From Minisyncoccota bacterium (lineage in GTDB: Bacteria; Patescibacteriota; Minisyncoccia; Phycocordibacterales; Phycocordibacteraceae): DNA of 64,000 nucleotides. The position numbers were made by a program, and so were the translations under genes. Under the pieces are notes generated by a model. The model did no database searches. It saw only the letters and a list, made by a program, of their open reading frames with translations, and was not told where the DNA came from. The stretch covers positions 159,615 to 223,614 of the forward strand of contig DASZTF010000044.1 of NCBI GenBank assembly GCA_035548315.1, read 5' to 3'. Below, one piece after another: positions 46,883 through 56,173 of the stretch (position 1 is its first letter; the number at the start of each line of letters is the position of its first letter).

Positions 46883-48249
46883 GTCGGGAGGTTCGAAGGC
46901 GCCTCAGTCGTCGTCGACTGGATGCGTGGGAGGTTCGGTGCTGCCACCGTCGAGCTCGGGATGTGGAAGATCGACGCGAGCTCCTCGACGCTCATGATCA
47001 TCCATGGCCCGACATATGGGTACTGGAAGTACGCGCGCCGACGCGTGAACTCAAGAAGTTCGAGCATGCGGTGCCGGCGGATCCGACCGCTCCGATCTTC
47101 CCACGGATAGCTGTTGAAAGCCTCCGACCACAACTTGAGCGGGGTGAGCGACTGGCTCGCCGTGGCCCAGGGGCGGAATATCTGCGTTACGAATGCGCCG
47201 ATGTAATCGCGCACATGGCCCTCCTCCGCGACATACACAGCGCGGATGCCCACGTCGTAGGCAAGCTTGTCGGTGTTACGACCGATGGCGGCGAGCGTCT
47301 CGGTCTGGCCCTTGGTCGGGTTCGGGAATCCTTCGCTTTCGTGCTTGTTGCCCTGCGCGTCCACGTAGGTGGTTTTTTTCACCGTGCTTGCCCGGATTTT
47401 CTCGATGAGTTCTTTGCCTTCGTCCTCCCATTTCTTACCGTTCTTGTACCCGCGCGTGTAGCGGATCATAATGTGGATCCACAGCTGCTCTTTGGGGCCG
47501 AGCGAGCCCATGAATTCAATGACGTTCGCAAGCGGATCGGTCGCCTCCTCTGGTTTAGCGACGGGGATTTTATCGAGTCCAAAGTCTGTGTAGGTTTTTA
47601 TGGGGAACGGGCTCTCGGCCTTCTTCGTGATCTCGCAGCCCCACATGGTGTAGGGTGGCTCGTTCGGGTCTATCACGCGGGTGTAGTCGACGGCCTCGAC
47701 GATCTCGACGCCCGGATACTGCGAATAGAAGTACGTCTCGATGATGTGGCGGAAGCTCTGGCGCGTCCAGACGTAAAAATGCACTCGGCCGCCGAGCGAG
47801 ACGATCTCGAATGAATACCAGGGCACGCTGCGACCCTCCCAGTACTTCTTGAAAAAGGTGCCGGTACCTGGCGTGAGGTGGATGTTCGCGAAAATGGTTT
47901 CCATCGCAAGCGGTGTCTTTTTCGTATCGCGCGGCAGGCGGATTTCAAGGAGGACGGTGGGCTGACGCAAATTCCATGCGAACACGCGGGAATCTACCCA
48001 GCGCCTCCACGCGAATCGTCCAATGAGAAATGGGATCCAGACCGGCGCGACGAAAATCAGGAAGTTGAAATCGCGGAGCATCTGCCCCGGATCCATGAGT
48101 GTGAAGATGATGAGGCATGCGACAAACGGCACCACGAGGGACCACAGGGGGAATTCCACGCTGTATTTCTCGAGCAGCGTATGCAGCCAGTGCTCGATAC
48201 GATCGAGACCGGGTAGGAGCGAACCACCACCGTGTCCGCCTGATGACAT
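46879..48249 (-). CDS. Hypothetical membrane protein (two N-terminal TM helices plus a large soluble domain)
   Basis: No recognisable domain; start at MSSGGHGG (48249). Confidence 0.55.
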   Translation of the reverse strand: MSSGGHGGGSLLPGLDRIEHWLHTLLEKYSVEFPLWSLVVPFVACLIIFTLMDPGQMLRDFNFLIFVAPVWIPFLIGRFAWRRWVDSRVFAWNLRQPTVLLEIRLPRDTKKTPLAMETIFANIHLTPGTGTFFKKYWEGRSVPWYSFEIVSLGGRVHFYVWTRQSFRHIIETYFYSQYPGVEIVEAVDYTRVIDPNEPPYTMWGCEITKKAESPFPIKTYTDFGLDKIPVAKPEEATDPLANVIEFMGSLGPKEQLWIHIMIRYTRGYKNGKKWEDEGKELIEKIRASTVKKTTYVDAQGNKHESEGFPNPTKGQTETLAAIGRNTDKLAYDVGIRAVYVAEEGHVRDYIGAFVTQIFRPWATASQSLTPLKLWSEAFNSYPWEDRSGRIRRHRMLELLEFTRRRAYFQYPYVGPWMIMSVEELASIFHIPSSTVAAPNLPRIQSTTTEAPSNLPT

Positions 48250-48317
48250 ATGCAAAAAGTATAGCATTAGGAAAACCGCGCGCCCCAGAGGGGCGCGCGG
48301 TTTTCTCAATCGAGCGC

Positions 48318-49388
48318 TTACGCAGCGCTGTACGTGCCGTCCTTCGCGCGTTTGAAGTAGCGGGTGTCATTCAGGTTCACCAAAATGGTGTTGTCCTTCA
48401 CGTAGCGGACCTTTTTCACGGCAGCCATGACTTCCTCACGGGTCATCGGTCCTTCCTTTTTCAGGATGTCGCGGATCACATCGCGGACGACGCCCGGATT
48501 GTATCCCCACTCAGCGAGTGCGTAGAGGCCGCGGCCCACGAGCACAAAGCGTGGGTCCTTGATGAGTTCGTTGTGCGTCGTCGCCACGTGAGCTTTCTTC
48601 GCGAACATGCTTGAAATAGTTTTCGCAACATCTGAGAAGTGCATCGGCTTGCCGCGCTGCTTGATCACGAGGTATGCGTAGTCGCGGATGCCTTTCGTGC
48701 GGATGGTCGGCGACGCCGCGCGACCCCACTCGGAAAGCGGATTGCTGCCGATGGTCTTGCTGAGCGAGAGCCAGCGCTTCAAGATCTCTTCGTTCTTGTA
48801 TGCATCGTTCACGCTCTTGAGCTCGTCAAGGAATTTGTCGAGCAGTTCACCCTCGGGGAGGACATCACCGTCCTCCAGTGATGCGTAGAGGGAGGACAGC
48901 GCCTCGTGCACCTTCTCTGCGGTCGCGTGGTCGACGTGCCAGCGTGCATAAAAATCATCGGTCTCGCGCTCACGGAAGAACGCCGAGCCCACCACGAGGA
49001 GGAAGCGGTAGCGGTTACGGGTCTTCTCGTCCTTAGCGAGGCCAGCGAGGAGCTCATCCTCAGGGACGATGCCGCCAAGTGACTCGATATGGCTCTGGAG
49101 GCTGGCGAAGGCCGCCTCGGCATCTTTAAATGCCTTGCCCGAACGGACCGCGTCGAGGCCAGCAGACTCGATCTGGCGCACACGCTCGCGCGTGATGCTC
49201 CAGCGCTCACCGATCTCCTCAAGCGTCTCGCGCTCGGGGGACGCGCCGAGGCCAAAGCGGTAGGTCAGGACCTCGCGGGCGCGCTCAGGTACGTCGGCGA
49301 GGAGCTTTTTGACCAGGACCACAGTGTCGATTGCCGGGCCGTTTGCGGAAGCCTTCTTCTTCGGGGTTGCCTTCATGGATTTAGCCAT
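48318..49388 (-). CDS. Sigma-70 region-4 HTH protein with a C-terminal HARE-HTH-like (RpoE/delta-N-like) domain
   Basis: LTYRFGLGASPERETLEEIGERWSITRERVRQIESAGLDAVR (sigma70 region 4); C-terminal HFSDVAKTISSMF...VLVGRGLYALAEWGY (HARE-HTH-like). Confidence 0.55.
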   Translation of the reverse strand: MAKSMKATPKKKASANGPAIDTVVLVKKLLADVPERAREVLTYRFGLGASPERETLEEIGERWSITRERVRQIESAGLDAVRSGKAFKDAEAAFASLQSHIESLGGIVPEDELLAGLAKDEKTRNRYRFLLVVGSAFFRERETDDFYARWHVDHATAEKVHEALSSLYASLEDGDVLPEGELLDKFLDELKSVNDAYKNEEILKRWLSLSKTIGSNPLSEWGRAASPTIRTKGIRDYAYLVIKQRGKPMHFSDVAKTISSMFAKKAHVATTHNELIKDPRFVLVGRGLYALAEWGYNPGVVRDVIRDILKKEGPMTREEVMAAVKKVRYVKDNTILVNLNDTRYFKRAKDGTYSAA

Positions 49389-49442
49389 ATAGTAATGTGG
49401 TGTTATTTATACCAAATGCCCGTAATTCCGTCAATAAGCCCC

Positions 49443-52400
49443 TCAACCCCCTACCAGGTTGAGTATTTTCCCGGGTACATAGACCACTCGGGCGGGGTCC
49501 TTACCCCCGAGGGCGGCCTCCACGGGGCCAAGTTTACGCGCTTCTGCGACCGCTTCTGCCTCGCCGGCATCCACCGCAAGCTGGATGTCACCGCGGCGCT
49601 TGCCGTTCACTTGCACGCCGATCGTGACGGTGTCATTCACAAGGAGCGTAGCGTCGTAGGAGGGCCACGGAGCAGCGTGGACACTGCCCTCCCCACCTGA
49701 CTTACTCCAGAGATGCTCCATAAGATGCGGCGCGAACGGTGCAGTCAAACGAATAAGGTCGGCGTAGGCATCGACCGGGATTTCCGTCAGCTCCTCGAGG
49801 TCACGCACCAAGACCATGAGTGCAGAGAGCGCGGTGTTGAATTTGAAGCGTTCTGATTCAGTAGATACCTTCGATTCTGCCCTCGCGAGCATGCGCAGCA
49901 CGTCCTCCCCAAGCACCGCAGCGCTGCGGCGTTCGTAGAGCGCGACGATGCGGTCGAGGAACTTGCGCATGGAATAGACGCCATCGAGGTTCCAGGGATA
50001 GTGACCCGGCTCGTTATAGGGGCCGATAAAGGCGAGGTACATACGCACGGCATCAGCGCCGTGTTCCTTCACGACGTCGTCCGGGTTAATCACGTTCCCC
50101 TTTGACTTAGACATCTTCGCGCCGTCGGGACCTAGGATGATGCCGCGGTTATAGCGTTCGGCGAATGGCTCATCGACCGGCACAAGCGCAAGATCGTGCA
50201 GCGCCATAGTGAAAAAGCGTGCGTAGAGCAAGTGCATCGTGGTGTGCTCGCTCCCGCCCGAGTAGCGCTCGACAGGCATCCACTTCCTGAGCATGCTTTG
50301 GTCGGAGAAGTCGTGATTATCTTTCGGATCGAGATAGCGGAGGAAGTACCAGGAGGAATCTACGAACGTATCGAGCGTGTCGTACTCCGGCGTCCAGCCT
50401 TCGCCAAAGAGTTTCGTGACGCGGTCCTTGAGTTCTTGCGAGGTCGCGAGCGGCGACGCGGCATCGCCTGTGGTGAGCGAAGTCGAACCATTCGGGGTGA
50501 AGTCCACATCGGTGGGAAGGAGCCACGGTAGGTGCTCTGCCGGGACGAGGTGCGGCTTACCTTCCGGGTCGTACACCACTGGGATCGGACAGCCCCAATA
50601 GCGCTGACGGCTCACGAGCCAATCACGGATGCGGTAGTTGGTCACGCGCTCGCCTCCTGCTGCCTTCACGATGTCCCACATCGCTTCGCGATTATCGCGG
50701 CCGCTGAATTCACCCGAGTCCATAAGTACACCGTCGCCTGTATCTGCCGCCGCCGGGCGCTCCATGCGCTCCCGTATGTATTCAATTTCTGAGTGGCGCA
50801 TTTTTTCTGCCGCAATATCGTCGAAGTCGAGCCAGAAAGCCTCGTGCTGCTGGCGTTCTTCCTCGTCAACCTCATCGCGTTCTTCATTCTCAAGATCGAA
50901 CAAAACGATCGTGTTAACGGCGATACGATTTATGCCCTTGTGAGCTGCGTAGAATTCGCTTTGTGTGTATCCAAGGGTGCGCACGTAGGTCAGGTTCTTA
51001 TAGCCCGTTTCCTCCCGTACTTCCCGCCGCGCGGCTTCTATAGCGTCTTCACCCGCATCTATGCCTCCGGTGATAAATGTCGTCCAAGGCTGCTTCTTCC
51101 ATTTGAGGCCAATGTACTTGCTTGTAGCTGGGTTCCGTACTATCACCAGCACCGCGTTCCGCTTAACGAGCTCCTTGCCCTCCTGCCACGGGTTTTCTTT
51201 ATCTATAAAATGCGGGATTACGACCGTTTTTATCGGGAGCGCGTACTTCTGCGCAAACTCAAAGTCCCGCTCGTCGTGCGCAGGTACGGCCATGACGGCA
51301 CCAGTGCCGTAGGAACCGAGCACGTAGTCGGCGACGTACACCGGAATCGCCTCGCCATTTGCGGGATTCTTAGCGAGCACCCCCTTGAGTTCAACGCCCG
51401 TCTTCTCCTTATTCTCGCTGCGTTCGCGCTCAGTCTTGCGCTTGGTCGCCTCGACGTATGCAGCCACTTCTTGCTTATTGGAAACGCTCGACAGCAGCTC
51501 GGTTACAAGTGAGTGCTCGGGCGCGAGCACCACATATGTCGCTCCGTAGAGCGTATCAGGGCGAGTCGTAAACACTTCAATCACCTTGCCACTTTCCGAG
51601 AGGAGCGCGCTCAGCACTTCCGGCTCCTGGTCGCCGTCAAAGTGCCCGTCTTGCGCCACCACACGGCGGACTGCGATGCCGCTCGCCTGCTCGATACGAT
51701 CAGCTTGCTCGCTGCTGACTGCAGGATCGTTCACATCGTGCAAGATAACGATCTCACCGACGTTCGCCTTGATGCTCCTCCAGTCGAAGTCCCATGAAAA
51801 GGTCTCCTCAAAGTTGCGCGGGTTGTCTTTAAACTCGGGATCAACAAAACCGCCAGCGAGTACCAACTTGGCAATCGGGCTCTTCAGTTGCTCCGCTACT
51901 TTCAGCGCAGTGACTGCGCCGAGGCTCCAGCCGAACAGCACCGTGTTCTCGTCGTAGTCAGCTGCTGCAAGTGCGGCGCTGACCCAGTCTTGCTCATTCG
52001 GCTTCTTGGCCTGCGGCAGTGCTGGTGTAATGACCTCTGCGCCCTGAGCCTCAAGAACCTGCTTAACCCACGGGAAGTAGCCATCGGTCGGTGAACCGCA
52101 GAATCCGTGGAGCATGACGTACTTCTTACCTGCAGCGGCGATTGGGAATCGCAACTTCGCGCCCTCCGACTTCCCGATCCAGGCGCGCTGGGCATCCTTA
52201 ATTTCCTCGCGCCAGGGGAGTGCATCGAGGTCACTGAGCAGGCGCTCCGCATACTGAGTGATCTTCATGAACCACTGGGTGAGTTTGCGCTCCTCTACTG
52301 CGGTACCGCAGCGCTCACAATGACCGTCGATCACCTGTTCGTTTGCAAGCACCGTTTTATCTTTCGGGCACCATTTCACCGCGGCCTGCTTACGCTCGGC

Positions 52401-52847
52401 GAGGCCGTGTTCGTAGAGCTTGGCGAAGAGCCACTGCGTCCAATGGTAGTACTCCGGGTCGCAGGTCACGACTTCCTTGCTCCAGTCCACTGAGGTGCCC
52501 ATGCTCTTGATCTGCTCGCGCATGCGGTCCATGTTCGCGTAGGTCCATTCGCGCGGATCGGTGCCATTCTTCATGGCGGCGTTCTCCGCCGGCAGGCCGA
52601 ATGCGTCGAACCCTATCGGGAATAGGACATTCTTCCCTTGCATGCGCTTCATGCGCGCAAAGATGTCGGTAATCGCAAATGCGTACCAGTGGCCGATGTG
52701 GAGGTCGCCGGAGGGATAGGGGAACTCGAACAGCAGGTAGTACGGATCTTTTGAAGTATCCGTGAGATCAGTGGTGTACAGGTCGAGCGCAGCCCATTTT
52801 TCTTGAGCCTGCTTCTCTATCGCCCGATGGTCATAGCGCTCTGCCAC
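49443..52847 (-). CDS. leuS: Leucyl-tRNA synthetase with two inserted accessory hydrolase modules (alpha/beta serine hydrolase and NUDIX)
   Basis: HIGH (DLHIGHWYAF), KMSKS, Zn knuckle (CERCGTAVEE), CP1 editing motifs (TTRPDT, VPAHDERDFEFA). Inserts: aa ~237-420 with HG, GWSLG (GxSxG), D, GHF; aa ~545-700 with NUDIX box GGIDAGEDAIEAARREVREETGY. Confidence 0.9.
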   Translation of the reverse strand: MAERYDHRAIEKQAQEKWAALDLYTTDLTDTSKDPYYLLFEFPYPSGDLHIGHWYAFAITDIFARMKRMQGKNVLFPIGFDAFGLPAENAAMKNGTDPREWTYANMDRMREQIKSMGTSVDWSKEVVTCDPEYYHWTQWLFAKLYEHGLAERKQAAVKWCPKDKTVLANEQVIDGHCERCGTAVEERKLTQWFMKITQYAERLLSDLDALPWREEIKDAQRAWIGKSEGAKLRFPIAAAGKKYVMLHGFCGSPTDGYFPWVKQVLEAQGAEVITPALPQAKKPNEQDWVSAALAAADYDENTVLFGWSLGAVTALKVAEQLKSPIAKLVLAGGFVDPEFKDNPRNFEETFSWDFDWRSIKANVGEIVILHDVNDPAVSSEQADRIEQASGIAVRRVVAQDGHFDGDQEPEVLSALLSESGKVIEVFTTRPDTLYGATYVVLAPEHSLVTELLSSVSNKQEVAAYVEATKRKTERERSENKEKTGVELKGVLAKNPANGEAIPVYVADYVLGSYGTGAVMAVPAHDERDFEFAQKYALPIKTVVIPHFIDKENPWQEGKELVKRNAVLVIVRNPATSKYIGLKWKKQPWTTFITGGIDAGEDAIEAARREVREETGYKNLTYVRTLGYTQSEFYAAHKGINRIAVNTIVLFDLENEERDEVDEEERQQHEAFWLDFDDIAAEKMRHSEIEYIRERMERPAAADTGDGVLMDSGEFSGRDNREAMWDIVKAAGGERVTNYRIRDWLVSRQRYWGCPIPVVYDPEGKPHLVPAEHLPWLLPTDVDFTPNGSTSLTTGDAASPLATSQELKDRVTKLFGEGWTPEYDTLDTFVDSSWYFLRYLDPKDNHDFSDQSMLRKWMPVERYSGGSEHTTMHLLYARFFTMALHDLALVPVDEPFAERYNRGIILGPDGAKMSKSKGNVINPDDVVKEHGADAVRMYLAFIGPYNEPGHYPWNLDGVYSMRKFLDRIVALYERRSAAVLGEDVLRMLARAESKVSTESERFKFNTALSALMVLVRDLEELTEIPVDAYADLIRLTAPFAPHLMEHLWSKSGGEGSVHAAPWPSYDATLLVNDTVTIGVQVNGKRRGDIQLAVDAGEAEAVAEARKLGPVEAALGGKDPARVVYVPGKILNLVGG

Positions 52848-52855
52848 AGTGGTAG

Positions 52856-52879
52856 TGAATCACCGCATTAATCACCGCA
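52856..52879. repeat. Tandem direct 12-mer (aatcaccgcatt x2), sharing a 16-mer with the pepO terminator at 41041
   Basis: gtgAATCACCGCATTAATCACCGCATTtaat fills the whole leuS-upstream intergenic space. Confidence 0.6.
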
Positions 52880-52880
52880 T

Positions 52881-53447
52881 TTAATCCCTGAAGCGCTTCC
52901 ACCCGATGTAGAGGAGCGCGACGAGGGCAATCGCCGAGATGACGAGCCGCAGCCAGTTCCCTGCTTCGTTCCAGTACATTGCAGAACCGATGATGAGTGA
53001 GAGCACGCCGCCGTAGGAGAGGCCTGAAGACACAATCGAGGAGCCGGTGAGTATGATGCCGGCCACAATCGAGATGAGGCCGAGCACGACCATGAGCGAG
53101 AACGCGTACATGTCGTACTTGGCCATTGCGGCGTCATAGACCGGCTGGCACTTTGCGTAGAAATCACAGTAGCCTGCGGGAGCATTCGGATTAGTCTTGT
53201 CTGAACCAACGGGGCCGGTCTCGGTCCAAATACCGCCCTGCGCGTCACAGCTCGGCGCATCAGCAGCATACGTGCTGTGGGCAGCAGCTGGGCAGTAGTC
53301 ATCAAACTGCGGCGCCGGGAGCACGAGCGAGCGTACGACGACGAAAAAGATGTTGAGGACCACAATGATCCCAAGCACGACGGCCCAGCGGACAAATTTA
53401 GGATGGTTGGGCTTAGAAGCGACAGGTGCGGGTGCGGTGGTTTCCAT
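52881..53447 (-). CDS. Membrane protein with Cys-containing extracytoplasmic loop, unknown function
   Basis: Start METTAPAPV (53447); TM helices at both ends. The 376-aa track ORF is an over-extension. Confidence 0.55.
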   Translation of the reverse strand: METTAPAPVASKPNHPKFVRWAVVLGIIVVLNIFFVVVRSLVLPAPQFDDYCPAAAHSTYAADAPSCDAQGGIWTETGPVGSDKTNPNAPAGYCDFYAKCQPVYDAAMAKYDMYAFSLMVVLGLISIVAGIILTGSSIVSSGLSYGGVLSLIIGSAMYWNEAGNWLRLVISAIALVALLYIGWKRFRD

Positions 53448-53575
53448 ATGCACCCATACTACACCACGCAAATGAAAAGGAAAAAGCCCACGGCACGGTG
53501 TGCGCATGAGCTTTCGTGATGCGTTCTGCATCTGTTCTTTTCCTTGGATGAAAGATCTTCCCTTGAAACACCCCA

Positions 53576-54067
53576 TTATTTTTTTGGCCCGCGCTGCAAC
53601 TCCGCTTTGAAGTCTTCGTTGCAGGCGATCAGGCGGTGAGCAATGTGATCGTCGTTCTCGTGCGGGCGTAGTTTGCCTGCCGAGACGATCGTCCGATTCC
53701 GGCGCGGTTTTGAACCCGTCCGATCGATGATCACCGCAAGCACACGGTAGTTGCCGTCGGGCTTCGCTTGACGCTGAAGCTCGATGACATAGTCCGCATC
53801 GATCAGTTTCGTGCAACGCACTGAGTCGACGCCGACGATGGCCAGGATAGACCTGACATCCTCGACATCGGGTTTGTACTTTGCATTGATGCAGATCGAC
53901 ACTGCCTGGTGCTGGTCCTTGTGGCTGCTTGTCGCAGTCGCTTGGACAGCGTCGGCACCGTCTTCGAGGCCCTGTGCATAGGATGCGCGGGCGTCGTCTT
54001 CTGTCGTACACGCGCTCGTTGCGAGGGCGGATACGATGGCCAGTGCGGCCGCCAGACGGCGACTCAC
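53576..54067 (-). CDS. Secreted/lipoprotein-like hypothetical protein
   Basis: Signal peptide MSRRLAAALAIVSALATSAC, with a possible lipobox Cys. Confidence 0.5.
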   Translation of the reverse strand: MSRRLAAALAIVSALATSACTTEDDARASYAQGLEDGADAVQATATSSHKDQHQAVSICINAKYKPDVEDVRSILAIVGVDSVRCTKLIDADYVIELQRQAKPDGNYRVLAVIIDRTGSKPRRNRTIVSAGKLRPHENDDHIAHRLIACNEDFKAELQRGPKK

Positions 54068-54408
54068 CGGTTCACCCAGCCTGACGGCTTCTTTGAAGAC
54101 GTGCGGGCGCTCGACTTCATCGACGCGAGAGCAGCGGACTGCTTCGGCGCCGGTTCAGCCGCCACCACGTGGGATCCAGTGCGGTCGAAGCTGTGCTCGA
54201 ACGCGGGAAGCACGGGCGACTTGTAGAGCGCGATGAATAGGAGGCCGAGGAATATTGCCCCGACGATCCCATGGTTCATGTGCGCATGCGCGTTTTGCAG
54301 ACCAAAGTAGTGCTGCGCCATCCAGGCCAAGAAGGACGGGGTGGAGAGCAAAACGAGGATAAGCAAAACTAACTGCACCATATTGAGGTGCACTTCATAG
54401 TTTGGCAT
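54064..54408 (-). CDS. Small membrane protein with a His-rich loop (HAHMNH)
   Basis: Two TM helices; start uncertain (MPNYEV or MVQLVLL). Confidence 0.4.
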   Translation of the reverse strand: MPNYEVHLNMVQLVLLILVLLSTPSFLAWMAQHYFGLQNAHAHMNHGIVGAIFLGLLFIALYKSPVLPAFEHSFDRTGSHVVAAEPAPKQSAALASMKSSARTSSKKPSGWVNR

Positions 54409-54485
54409 TGCGAACTCCTTTGTACACACCGCACCATCTGCGGCTTATTAATATTATCACACTATTTATATATAGTCAATAGTTG

Positions 54486-55583
54486 CTAGCTGTGGAGAAA
54501 TACCATCACATCGCCGTCTTTGACCACGTATTCCTTGCCTTCCGTACGGACCTGGCCCTTATCGCGGGCTGCAGGATAGGAGCCCGCCGAGAGGAGGTCG
54601 GCAGCTGCGACTACTTCGGCTCGGATGAACTTGTCCTTGAAATCGTTGTGGATCGCTGCGCCAGCGATGGGTGCCGTTGATCCCTTCACTACCGTCCACG
54701 CGCGCGACTCCTTGGGACCAGTGGTGAAGAACGTGATGAGGCCGAGCGTTTCGTATGCCTTCTGTATCAAATCCGTAAGGCCGTTCACCTGTACCCCGAA
54801 CTCTTGGCGGAATACCTCTTGGTCGCCTTCGGCGACATCGTTCAGCTCACGCTCGGTGTGCGCGTCCACGTGCACATAGCGGCCGCCGAGCGATTCCACG
54901 AGCTCGTATGCGCGGTTAGCACGGTCGTCTCCCATCTCGTGGATATTGTGACCGCCGGCTTTGCCGTTAAACGCGTACAGGAACGGCTTCATGGTGAGTA
55001 GATTGAGTGCCCTCACGCGCGGCAATTCTTCCGTAGTCAGATTCGCGGTGCGCGCCATCTTGCCCTGCGCGAGTGCCTCGCTAACCTTCACGAGCACGGC
55101 GTGCTCAGCAATTGCATCTTTATTCCCTGCCTTCACATCGCGCGTAAGGCGCTCGATGCGCTTCTCTACTTGCTCGCGATCAGCAAGCACGAGCTCCAAG
55201 TTAATGATTTCAATATCGCGGACGGGGTCCACATCGCCATGCACGTGCGTAATATCGGGATCGTCGAAGAAGCGAACCATTTCAAGGATCGCGTCTACTT
55301 CTCGTATGTGCGTAAGGAATTGATTGCCGAGGCCCTCGCCTTCCGATGCGCCCTTCACGAGGCCCGCGATATCGACGAATTCCACGACCGCGGGTACTAC
55401 TTTCTCGCTCGCGGAGAGCTTGGCGAGTGCGTCGAGGCGCTCATCGGGCACGGGCACAATACCGACCGAGGGGTCGATCGTGGCGAACGGATAGTTAGCC
55501 ACCAAGACCTCCTGCTTGGTGAGTGCATTAAAAAGCGTGGACTTCCCCACGTTCGGCAGCCCGACGATTCCGATCTTCAACAT
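54486..55583 (-). CDS. ychF: Ribosome-binding ATPase YchF (Obg-like GTPase family)
   Basis: G1 GIVGLPNVGKST; TGS domain at the C-terminus. Confidence 0.95.
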   Translation of the reverse strand: MLKIGIVGLPNVGKSTLFNALTKQEVLVANYPFATIDPSVGIVPVPDERLDALAKLSASEKVVPAVVEFVDIAGLVKGASEGEGLGNQFLTHIREVDAILEMVRFFDDPDITHVHGDVDPVRDIEIINLELVLADREQVEKRIERLTRDVKAGNKDAIAEHAVLVKVSEALAQGKMARTANLTTEELPRVRALNLLTMKPFLYAFNGKAGGHNIHEMGDDRANRAYELVESLGGRYVHVDAHTERELNDVAEGDQEVFRQEFGVQVNGLTDLIQKAYETLGLITFFTTGPKESRAWTVVKGSTAPIAGAAIHNDFKDKFIRAEVVAAADLLSAGSYPAARDKGQVRTEGKEYVVKDGDVMVFLHS

Positions 55584-55597
55584 AGTCTCAACCTACC

Positions 55598-56173
55598 TTA
55601 CTTTCCCTTGCGAGCAAGTTTCTCGACGACGGATACCCACTTGAGGCGGAGTTTTTCGGAAGCCTTTTCTGAGGGGCCGAAAGAGGTGATGTGGGTATGG
55701 AGGCCACCAAAGCGCAAAATAGACCAGCCGATGGAGGCTGAGAAATTGCCAAAGAGCACAGAGTCGTACAGCGGGCGGTTGCTACACAGGATGATCACAC
55801 GCGCAGTCCGACCCTTAAGCAATCGGTGCCAGCCCCACCCATTCTTGTACATGGAGAATGCAAAGTGCGGGAGGAACATGCGGTCCCACATGCCCTTAAG
55901 CTGCGCAGGCATACCACCCCACCAGTTGGGATAGACGAGCACGAAGTGTTCGCACCAGGTGAGGTTCTCCTGGACTTTCAGGAGATCGGGCTCGAGCTCC
56001 ATGCGCTCGCGGTACCCGCGGCGCAGGTTTGCATTAAACTGCATTTCACCCAGATTCATGCGACGGACCTCGTGCCCGGCCTTTCTCGCTGCGGCATCAT
56101 AAGCATCGGCAAGGCGCCGCGAAAGCGGTTCCATCGTGCTATCAGGGTGCCCAAGAAGTATGAAAATTTTCAT
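55598..56173 (-). CDS. Flavodoxin-like NAD(P)H-dependent oxidoreductase (NAD(P)H dehydrogenase (quinone) / Flavodoxin_2 family)
   Basis: MKIFILLGHPDSTMEPLSRRLADAY...FVLVYPNWWGGMPAQLKGMWDR. Confidence 0.75.
   Translation of the reverse strand: MKIFILLGHPDSTMEPLSRRLADAYDAAARKAGHEVRRMNLGEMQFNANLRRGYRERMELEPDLLKVQENLTWCEHFVLVYPNWWGGMPAQLKGMWDRMFLPHFAFSMYKNGWGWHRLLKGRTARVIILCSNRPLYDSVLFGNFSASIGWSILRFGGLHTHITSFGPSEKASEKLRLKWVSVVEKLARKGK

Noticed and set aside
52881-54011. 376-aa ORF from the track
   Set aside because: Arg/Cys-rich N-terminal 190 aa is non-protein-like and overlaps the signal-peptide ORF 53576..54067 in another frame. Split into a membrane protein (52881..53447) plus a separate secreted protein.
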